From the NCBI RefSeq assembly GCF_009914755.1, contig NC_060933.1: DNA of 64,000 nt; one strand, written 5' to 3'. The notes beneath the pieces were generated by a model. That model did not search any database, was not told where the DNA came from, and saw nothing but the letters and a program-made list of their open reading frames with translations. Source of the stretch: the human T2T-CHM13v2.0 reference genome, Homo sapiens. Below, piece by piece: positions 1-11,700 of this stretch; the stretch's first letter is position 1, and each line of letters opens with the position of its first letter. The position numbers and the translations under genes were made by a program.

Positions 1-1109
1 TTAATCAGAATCACATCTAACAAATCGGAACAGACGCCACCTGTGTGCGTCCTAACTGAATGTTAGCTGGGGTCTGGTTGGACACTAGATATCCCCTGTG
101 GACAACTGGACAAACATCAGGAGAGACCAATGGATAGTTTTTCTCTTTGCTCTGAAGTTCTTAGGCATGGAGGGTCCATTTGAGAATTAGTTGAAAAAGT
201 TGTCTTTGGTGACTTAGATTAAATAACTATCAATGTTTTTCCTCTAGAGAACTGGCACTATGACTTTTGCAGATACTTGGTTTTTAATAAATTCAGGGCA
301 AATAATTCACTTCTCTCCCCAAGTGTAAAAATATTTTGTTCTTATCACCCCCAGGAATAGAGTGAGAACTGAATTTCAGAAGGCCATCAATACATCCATT
401 CTGATTCCCCACTGGGAGGGAAATTTTTGAGTCTGATGTTTTAGAGGAAAGCCTTACCCCCTCTCCCTTGAAGTTTGATTCTACATACAACTATCAGGTG
501 GAAACAAATGAAATTTCTGGCATGTGACCCCTTTTGACCTTCAGAAATGGCAATTTAGTATGGTTCAATCTAATATTATTGACTGAGCACCAACAGGGAC
601 CCCAGCTACTGTGCTGGAAAACAGAAAGTGATGGATGTGTTGAATCCTCTTGATTCCCGCGGATTGCTGTTTTGATGCAAGGCAGACGGTGTAGTGTCAG
701 AGAGTGACCTGGATCCAAATTCGGGCTCCTCCATGTACTAGCATGGGTCTTTATGGCCTCTCTTTCTTTTTCAGGGATGTTCAATGTGAGATTAGGCTAC
801 TCAACTACAAAGTCTTCTAATTCATGAAAGGAACCCTGTAGATTCTCTCCTTCCCTCCCTTTCCCTCATCTGACTAGAATGACACCATCTGTGGTGTTCA
901 GTTTAAGGTTTATTATAATCTCAAGGTTTTAAGGTTTATTATAACTATGAAAGCCAGTTGCCATTTTGCAGCCAAGTACATGGAGAATTAGAAGCATTTA
1001 AAAAAAAAATCCCAAGAGGTTACCCTTAGACTTAATCTAGAAAGAAAAACAAAGGAACACATTAACAAAAGAACTGACAGTGTGAAAATTCTTCAGTCTT
1101 CAATGCCAG

Positions 1110-1115
1110 TTTATT
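1110..1115 (-). terminator. TNFSF15: Polyadenylation signal (AATAAA) of the long TNFSF15 3'UTR; cleavage about 1090-1095
   Basis: Plus-strand TTTATT. Downstream on the minus strand is a U/GU-rich tract (plus 1040-1088, aaagaaaaacaaaggaacacattaacaaaa). Confidence 0.7.
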
Positions 1116-3070
1116 AAGTTACATCTATTAAATATATTAACACATACAACATTTCATTTACAGAGATTAGAATTCATACACTAGTACCCAAAGACATGGG
1201 ATGCATACCAGTTAAGTACGTATCCAACAACATACAATATGCATTTTACCTTGCGGTTGATGTTTTAACATAAAACATAAAATCAATGAAAGCACATGGG
1301 GTTTGTCACTAAAACCACATAAACACCTACACTTCTTCAATCTGTACACCCCTGAAACAAAAAAAGGGGAACATTACATGCTTTAATGACTTTAAGAATA
1401 AAATCATTTGATGAAGTTCAGCTACTTTATTTACTTGGCACTGTGTGTCTTGTTCCTCCTGAATGTATACACTGTGAGAGTAGGACTTGCCTGTCGCATT
1501 CCTTCTCAGCTCTCCAGTATCCAGGCAAGTGCTGCCACGTGACAGATGCTCAAAACAAAAATGATTTACGAATGAAGTTGAAAGACTGCTGGGCTTATTG
1601 TTAAGATATCTAAATTCTACTTTTAGCATCCAACTAGCTACTGTCTGGCACTGGCCACGAAGGGTGACAGGGTGTGGATGTGATGGCTCCCTCTGAGCCT
1701 GGGTTTCTTCATCTTTGAAATGATATAACTTGGAATAAACTCCGCAGATACTGTCATTTCTAAAATTCCATGACATTTCTCTATTGGCCAAGATCTTAGG
1801 GGTATTTTGTGTTGGACACTCTCTGGACAAATGGGAAATGACAGCTAATTACTGAACCCTTGAGAAGGCCTGCCAGGTTTGTAATGATCAACTAGAACAC
1901 ATGGAAGTCAATGAACAAAAGGCCACATAATCATAGATTTGAAAAAGACCTCAGAGATCCTTTGGCTTAATCTCTCCCCCAACCTCTGTGAAGAATAGCT
2001 TCTACAAAAACCCTTGTGACAAGCCCTTTGTTTGAGTATCTCCAGGGACTGAGAAATAGCATCCTAGAAAAATTCTATTTTGGAGTAGAAAATTCCTTTG
2101 GGGATCAAGCCAGAGAGGGCAACCTTGTAACTGCAACTCTGTAGCCCTAGCTCTCTTCTCTGGGGAGCTACAGTAGAAGTCTCCTCCCACTTCCATGTTG
2201 TCCTACAGGTGTTTGAAAATACTTGTCCCATCTTCCTTCAAATCACTAAAATGAACTCTATTTGCGATGAGTAGAGAGGTTAGAAGAGTCCAGGATTATG
2301 GTTCAGGAAGACAGCTTCCTAGCTCTAGATCAGCCCTTAACTCACTATGTGGCCCTGGGCAAGTAACTTCTTCCTTCCAGGCTGGTGTGGTATTTTCATC
2401 TTAAAATGGGGTGATGGAAGGGGTGGAGGCAAGTGTGTCTCAGAGCTGGGGAAGTTGTAAATGTGGTTGTTAGAGGGTGACGGGGCATGGAGGTGATGGC
2501 TCTGATCCACATTCTCTCACCACTGGTGCAAAAGGATTCAAGGCTTATTAGGTTAACAGTCTACTAAATTCTCTGTAGGTCCAGCTGCCAATATGATGCA
2601 AAAATGTTAATATCCAGGATAAGGATGTACACTTGAAAATTCTGCTACAAATATCAAAACACTTCTAGGACTCTGGGCCATAGGAAAGCCAGAAATCTTA
2701 AGGCAAGAGATGTTTGCATGTGTTTTTAAGGTACAGAATATAAACAGTTCTGTCTTGCAGAATTAATCCCCAATGTCACAATCATGGAAACAGAATTGGG
2801 TAAGGGCTTGGGAAAATACCTTGCAAGAGAATGTTGGCAATGGCCGTGCCTTGTGCACAGTGAGTTAGTTAAACTTTTATAATCCAGGGGGATTACTGAC
2901 CAGCACAGAGGCGGAATTTCCTCTGGGGTGATGAGAACTGAATAGTTTAGGTTGAAATGGAGCCAAGAGTTCTGGTGTGCTCTATTATTGATTCAACCTG
3001 ACATATTTCAGGAAGTGAAAACGTACACTTTTCCCTTTTCTTACTGTACCTTAGTAAAAAAAAAATCAGA

Positions 3071-3615
<545 letters not shown>

Positions 3616-5754
3616 CTACAATAAAAAATGGGAACTTTTTTACCTTCTTGATTTATGGAAAACTATCCTTGAGTAGCTATTTTTAAAAAAACACTTCGAG
3701 TAAACACAAATCATTTTGTTAGTCATCAGCCTTAATCAAATGGCATCCATTTTCATAATGAGAATAGATCCATGTGCCTAAAGTTTACGAATTAATTAGC
3801 TAATACAACCAAAATAAATTAAAGAATCTGCAGACAGTAGAGGTGCTGGGAAGTTAGAATGAGTGTGTCTGAGACTAAATAATTTATCTCTGTGTCCCCA
3901 GGGGCAGTAGGTACTCAGTAAATGTTTGTGGAATTGATTTGAATTCAGCCTTTTGAGTGACATTTAACCAACAAAGCATTTTCTCCCTAAATTTACTGTT
4001 TTCTAAAGCATGCTTCTTCCTCCCTCCCAAACCCTGAATACACCCCATTAACCCCTTTTAGGGGAACATCACATGATCTTAAAAGCATTTTCCCACCTCA
4101 CTTTTGAAAACAGTGCACTAATTTTTGCTATGGAGATAATGCCTTGGGAACAGAAGTTCTGACATGAGCCCTATTAGGAATGTCTGACTGTGCCTTTCCG
4201 TAAAAAATATACTATACAGAATTTAACAAAATCAGCAGTAAAAACTTGAGCTATGATACATTCTTTAAAAAACAAGCTTATGACAGGAGCCAAATAAATG
4301 CACAGCAGAGAATTTCCCAAAGCCTCAAATGTCTTCGAATATTAGGAAATTCCTGTCTTGGGATAAATTTCCAGATCCACCAGATCACCTACAGAACAGT
4401 GGGCAGGTTTGAGCAGGCCACTCTTCTGTGCAAAACTCCTCCTGCATACCAAAGCTGCTTGGTGCTCTCACGCACCATGAAGACCGGTTCAGAAAGAACA
4501 TTTTATGTTTTTAATGGGTGTTAGTTCTGATCATGGAGCTAGACTAGAGTTATTGAGGAAACATTCTTGATCTACCAATAAATATTGTCCTAGGAATTGG
4601 TTGAGGGAATATTCTCCTATCAAGCAAGTTTTGGAGTTACTGAGAAATCTTTCTTTTCTGCTTTAAGTCAAGGGTAATTCCTCCATCTGAGATGCCCTTT
4701 CCCTGTGGTCATCTGGGGCCCGCCCAGTTTCTTCCAGGCTTCACTTCCTCTATGAAGACTCTGGTGAGCCAGGTGGAGGTGACCACACTCCTCTGTGCTC
4801 CCACTGAGTCTGTGCTGACTGTTTTGAGAAAGGGAAGGCAAGAAAAAGGCCTGGCTTAAGTTAGCCTAGCAGAGGTTAGAAAATATATTTAGAGCCTTAA
4901 CCTCCAAACTGAGAAATCAGAAATTAATTTTTATTTAATTATAACTCAATAAATATTAATGAAGTGCTCCTGCTACACTGGACACTTTGCTCAGGAGCCT
5001 CTCAAATGCCTCTCTGCCTCTATAGTCTACTGGAAACCAGAGTGAGAGTGATTTTGGTGCCAAATTTCCTCTCAGACTCATCCATGAGGTCTCCCAGGAT
5101 AGGAAGCATTTATAATACGGGCCAAGGGTCACCAGTCATATAATACCGAAATGCTCAGATGGCACAGAATGCATGAAGTTAACATCTTTCATTCTCATGA
5201 GCTCATTTGCTCCTTGGAAACAAATGGGCAGATTCCTGCTTTGCAGACAAGTCAACAAAGGCTAGGAGAACAGAGCTGCCTCTCCTGCCCTTGACATATT
5301 AGCGTAGGAAAATCATACGGACTAGAGGATATGAACCCACTGAAGCACAGAAGGGACCTCCGCAATGACCAGCCTGTCCTCCAGGGAAGGTCTTGGCTAG
5401 GCTCATTAGCTAATCCCATATGTAAATCCCTTTGAATATTTTAAGGGAAAATACCCACATAATACTCTGCATATAAAGTTGCAAATCAAACCTCAAAGAT
5501 CTAGGTTAACTTCTTCAGATTTGGTGATTGACTTCTTTTTTCCCTTCCCCCATGGAATAAGTCCATTGTCTCTCAGCATCAAACAAGTTGGCAGTGTAGT
5601 TGATCTAGTTAACCAGGTATCTGTCTTCAGGTTTCTTCAGGGAACTAATCAGCTGGCTATCTTCCAGTCAGCTGGCTATCTTCCACAGTCAGTAGAGTGC
5701 CAGAAATCTGATGTAACAGTTTCAGATGATATTTTTTAAAGGCTTGGAGTTATT

Positions 5755-6054
5755 ATTTTATTTATTTTTTTTTGGACAGAGTTTTGCTCTTGTTACCCAG
5801 GCTGGAGTGCAATGGCGCGATCTGGGCTCACCGCAACCTCTGCCTCCCCAGTTCAAGCAATTCTTCTGCCTCGGCCTCTTGAGTAGCCAGGATTACAGCC
5901 ATGCGCTACCACGCCCGGCTAATTTTGTATTTTTAGTAGAGATGGGGTTTCTCCACGTTGGTCAGGCTGGTCTTGAACTCCCGGCCTTAGATGATCCACC
6001 CACCTTGGCCTCCCAAAGTGTTGGGATTACAGGTGTGAGCCACTGCGCCTGGCC
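5755..6054 (-). mobile_element. Full-length AluS (Sp/Sq-like), sense to the TNFSF15 mRNA
   Basis: Reverse-complement Alu with a T-rich tail. TSD aag(g/a)cttggagttatt on both sides. Confidence 0.95.
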
Positions 6055-6892
6055 AAGACTTGGAGTTATTCTTTAGAGTATGTTGACTGATGTTTGATCA
6101 GGAAGTATCTAGTGGTGTTCATATAAATTTTGAGTGGAGTCTGTCTTGTTTTTCATAGTGTCTTCTGGGTTAAGGTAGAACCCAGCACAAAATAGGTGGG
6201 CAAGAAAACTCTACTGAATACAAGCAACTGTTGTATTTTTGATATACATGTGAAACTCATACTTCCTTATTTAGATATCTGTGTACATAATCAAAAGAAA
6301 GGTAGCTTTTCTCATATGCTGTAGATGACATGAAAACCAACTCCTTCTGTGTGAACATTCATGAGACATACCAACTCTCTTTTCATTTTTTTTAGGCAAG
6401 GCATGAAAGTATGTGGAAAAATTGGTGAAGGATTTTGCCTCTGAAAGTTTATACTGTTTTCTAGAGCTTTCCTTGGACTTCCTTCAAAGCTCCTGAATTG
6501 AAGCAAATTTATGATCAAATTGAACAATAACTGGACCACTGGTGACCATTGTATAGCAGGAAGGTGTTGAAATATTTCTCTTTCAATCCTGACCCGAGTA
6601 GATCATCCATTCATTTAGTGATCAGTGTCTTAATATTTAGAAACTCGCCAATCCTCCAACCCATCTTAATAATATATTTGCTCTCTTCAGCCTTTTTCCA
6701 GTTAGTACTCTCATCAGTAAGGCACATGAAGTGTGAAATTTTGGGCCCCAAATTTCATAGCTAAACCGTTGTCCCTGTGGAATGCCCCCTACTCCCGGCC
6801 CCAAGAAAACCCCTGGTTATAATTACATTTGAACAAAGAAAATTAGGAACTCGGTGGCAGAGGACTTTCATATAATGATATTTGCTCTCCTC

Positions 6893-7347
6893 CTATAGTA
6901 AGAAGGCTCCAAAGAAGGTTTTATCTTCTTTTGTGTAATCCACCAAAGAGATGTCACTGACGTTCACCATTAGCTTGTCCCCTTCTTGCAAGGAGAACAT
7001 GGCTCCGAGGTAGATGGGCTGGAACCAGTTGCTACCTACTTCGCACACAGACTTGGTCCCCATGAGGAGCTGGGTTGGCTCAGGGTAGCTGTCTGTTACC
7101 TTGGTGATGACCACAGTGATGGAGTCTGGCTTGTTTGGTCGGCCTGCTTGTCTGATTTCACTGCACTCAGAGGTCATCCCACGGAATGTGACCTGGGAGT
7201 AAATGAAGTAGTCTCCCGACTCTGGGATCAGCAGGAATTTGTTGGTATAGTTCATTCGGTTCTTGGTGAAGGCCAGGCCTAGTTCATGTTCCCAGTGCAG
7301 AGCTGGGAACTGATTTTTAAAGTGCTGTGTGGGAGTTTGTCTCACAA
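6893..7347 (-). CDS. TNFSF15: TNFSF15 exon 4 coding part (TNF homology domain)
   Basis: Acceptor tctttccag|TTGTGAGAC at 7348/7347; TAG at 6893-6895; N-glycosylation sequons NYT and NVS. Confidence 0.99.
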
Positions 7348-7417
7348 CTGGAAAGACAAGAAAGAGGATTAATTTTCTCATTGGGAAACTGTAGACTTTG
7401 CTTAAAAAGCGTCTCAT
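6893..7417 (-). CDS. TNFSF15: VEGI-174 isoform ORF, initiating in intron 3 and colinear with exon 4
   Basis: ORF track 174 aa, [30 protein letters not shown]..., matching the originally described VEGI sequence as I recall it. Confidence 0.8.
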
Positions 7418-8663
7418 ATCATTTTCAAAATAGACTAAAGTGATCGAATATACCTAACAGCTAAAAACTGCTTTGGGGAGGAATGAATGAAGAATATGTG
7501 ACTGGACATACACATTTGTTCAAAGAGAATAACATCTTGGACTAGTGACCTGGGGCAAATTACTTTGCCTTTCTGAGACTGAGTGGTCTGACCTGAAAAT
7601 TTTTAATTTTACCTGAGACCTATGATCCTGGAGAACAATGAAGGTTAAGGAATCCCCCTATTCTTCTGTGTTTAGGAAAATGGCTTGCTGCAAGAATTAT
7701 CCTTTCCCAAATGACTCAGATAAAACTCATCGATGCCTCTCTTGTTTACGTATGACAAGGCCAGGCACCAGACCCTTCAAATTCCCATTCTTTGCCCCAT
7801 AAGTGATTGGCTGAACTGTTTTATCCCCATTCATCAATTGGAACAAAACACTTGTCTTACAGGCATGAGGTAAGTGATAGAAACTTGGCATCTCCCTGGT
7901 CCTAATCCTCACTCAGAGCTCACCACAAATAATTTCCTCTTAGTCAAATGATAACACCAATGTCTTGGGCCACAAGGATATCCCCCTGCAGACTGAAAAT
8001 TTTCTTATAGGTCAGGAGGGTATGCTTCCTTTTTAACCTTCTAGGTTTTCAGTGGGTTCTAACATATCCTTCTGCACTGTCTTGTTCTTTCCTCTGGAGT
8101 CTCAGAGGTATAGGAACTCTAGGTGTGAGGTGCCTTGGATTTCTGCACTAGACTTGGAAAGTTGGCCAACTGGTGATAGTATGGAATTTCTCTTGATTTG
8201 GTGATAGTATGGAATTTCTCTTGATTTCTATATATCGATGAAAATTCTTTGGAAACACCTCCCTGAAGGTAAATGTTTAGTTACATCATCTTGAACAGGG
8301 CACAGATGAACTAGATAAATTGGCAACTCTGGGGACTTTTTGTTTGTGACCAGATCCAGAATTACTTGCAGCTCCGAGTTGGAGAGAAGCCATTTCTGAA
8401 TGACTCAGTGTATGAATGAAAGAGAGAGACAGGAGAGAAAGAGAGAGGGCTGATAGAATCTGAAAGAAAATGCCCAAGAGACATGGGCCTTTGGAACCCC
8501 CCCACAGGGAAGAAGACATCCAAAAAACCCTCCATGAGATACCTGCACTCACATGCTTATTGCAGCACTATTCACAATCGCAAAAATATGGAATCAACTT
8601 AAGTGTTCATCAACAGATGAATAGATAAGGAAAACGTGTGTGTGTGTGTATATACATATGTGT

Positions 8664-8705
<42 letters not shown>

Positions 8706-11700
8706 GAATATTGAGGGGAGGAGTCTCTTACCAAGGAATGTAGTTTTCATTTTAAGCCACTAGAATGAATTTTGGTAAAGTGCTGAAAGAAATCTCAGGA
8801 TTCTGGCCCATGGTCTCCCGTAAAACACAGCAGGGAGGCTTACCTGTCAGGTGTGCCCTTGGCTTATCTCCGTCTGCTCTAAGAGGTGCATCTGTAACAA
8901 AAGGAGAAATGTGCTTTGTATGAGACAAAGGGTGACTGAAATGAAGATGGCCCTTTGTGAGTTGCATGGCGCCTATGATAGGAGAGAAACCTTGATCTCC
9001 TCCAGCTTGGTCCAGTGCCACTCCTTGCAGGATTTTGGATTGGAATGTGGCACCCGCAGCAAGCACCACCAAGGACAGGGTGACTCAGAAGAAAGAGTCT
9101 TGAACACAAATGAATCTTGGCCCCATGGCTTTGGGCAAGTTTATCTAGCCTGCCTGAGACCCTGTTTTCTCATCTCATCTAAGATGGGCACAGTATAGAT
9201 GGAGGTGCTTAGCATGAATTTTGCACATGGCCAATGCTCAATAAAGCACAACTCACTGCTCTTTCCCACAAAATTCTTTCACAGGAGTGAATTGGCTTTT
9301 TGCCTTCTTCCATGGTCCCTTTAACTATATTCACTGAATAGATGGCCCAAAAGAAATGGGATGAAGAGTGGATGGGAACTATTCTTTAGCTATATGACTT
9401 TGGTGAATCCTTTTCCCTCTCTGGGCCTCTGTTTGTCTATTAGTTCTTGAGAAGACCTTAGAATTTCCCTTTGGTTCTCAGAAATATTATGTTGGATTAG
9501 GCATGGTCTAATTACAGTTATAAATATGGTGGTGTTGATGATAATAAAAAGCAAAAATGAAGTGCATACTTTTGATGTGCTAGACATTGTTCTAACTCCT
9601 TTATAGGAATTAACTGATTTAATTCACATTAACCCTTTTGAGTAGGATCTACTATAACCATTTTTACAGGTGAATAAATGCAGGCAGAGACAGGTGAGAT
9701 TATTTGCCCAAAGGTCACACTGCTAGTAGATTCCGGAGTTGGGGTTTGAGTTCAGGCCATCAGCTCCACAGGCCATGCACTTTGACATGGTGCCATTTTG
9801 CCTTCTTAGTGCCTGCAGCAGAGCCTCATTTCTCCTCTGGATTTGCATCCCTCAGCTTAGCAACTTGTACTTAAAGACTCATCTCTGAACTTCCTGCATA
9901 CAGAACTACTAGAAATGTTCTTATTCCCCACGAGGAAAGGCGTTGAAGATGAGCATACTTACAAACTTGCTGATGTGAAGGTGCAAACTCCTGTCCTTTT
10001 AGAGCCTATTGGGAAAGAAAGTATAGTTTAGACCAACTGTGGTCCTTTTGATCCCAACACTTACAGCTTCCCATAGCACAGGTATGATTACAAAGCTTCT
10101 GCTGCCCAGCCTGGGTACTCTGTGATGAGGGAAATGAGAATGAAAATATTTTTGTTGATGGGAATCTTGCATCTCAGCTCTCCACTTTCCTCCCCTGACA
10201 CTTCCAATGACCTTCCTCTTTCTTAGGCTTGTCTCTGAAGCTCAACTTTAAGGTTCTTTTCTTGAGAGATTTTCTCGTTCTATTCTAGGGGAACTCAGCA
10301 TCTTGTCTATGCTTTTGTTATTTGAACAAATAATGGCACTTGCTTTATTTTCTTTCCTCTACCATAATTTAAAAATTGGGACTCTTCTTAAAAACGACAC
10401 AGAAGAGAAAATAATGGCTATGTTCTCCTTTTCATCAGCCTCAACAATTCTTCCTTGTTTCTGTGCAATACATAAAGACTTTTTAAATAATTGCAACCCT
10501 AGTTTGTGAGCTATTTCAGATACCACATGATGGTGGAAGAGTAACTGCCTTAGAGGCAGACAGATCTGAATTTAAATCCTTGTTCCACCATTTATTAACA
10601 ATATGACCTTGACAAGACTTTTTCTCTCTGAGCTTTGGTGTCTTTATTTCTAAAGTGGGAATAATAACATACTTAGCCCTAAATTACTCATAGGATTGAG
10701 GTGAAGAGCAAATCAGAAAATCTATGAGTTAGTGCAAAGAATGCATGGAAAATGAAGGAACCATCACTCACATACCTGAGCATAAAGCTTAATAGCAAAA
10801 GTATGCTCTTAGCTTACAAATAATATCATGCATTGGACTATTATACATGGTTGGTGGGAATATAAATTAGTACAGCCACTATGGAAAATAGCATGGATAT
10901 TTCTCAAAAAACTAAAAATAGAACTACCATACAGTCTAGCAATCTCACTACTGGGCATGTATTCAAAAGAAAAGAAATGAATATATCAAAGGGATACTTG
11001 CGCTCACATGCTTATTGAAAGACTATTCACAATAGTAGAGATATGGAATCAATCTGATCCATATCTCTATCAAGATATAGATGGAAGGATAAAGAAAAGG
11101 TGGTACCTATAAACAATGGAATACTATTTGGCATAAAAAATGAAATCACGTTATTTGCAGCAACATGGATAGAACTGGAGGTCATTATGTTAAGTGAAAT
11201 AAACCAGACACACAAAGACACACTTTGCATGTTCTCATTGATATGTGGGAGCTAAAAGAGTCGGTCTCATGCGAGTAAAGAGTAGAATGACAGACACTAG
11301 GGGCTGGGAAAGGTGTGTGAGTGGGAGAGGATGGGGATGAAGTGAGGTTAGACAATGGGTACAAACGTACAGTTGGATAGAAAGTTTAAGTTCTAATGTT
11401 TGGTAGCAGAGTATGGTGACTATATTTAGGAACTATATATTATACTGTACATTACAAAGTAGCTAGAAGAGAAAACTTGAAATGTTCCCAACACATAGAA
11501 ATGATAAATACTCAAAGTGATGGATACCCCAAATACCCTGACTTGATCATTACACATTTTATGTATGTAGCAAAATATCACATGTACCCCACACGTATAT
11601 AAAATATTATGTATCAATAAAAAATAAAAATAAAACAAAATTTATGATATTAAAAAAAGCCTTCTCTAATATGATTTCGACTCAACCCAATCTTCTGATT

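Noticed and set aside
1327-1830. 167-aa minus-strand ORF in the 3'UTR
   Set aside because: Non-ATG start, crosses MIR/L2-like remnants, no recognisable homology.
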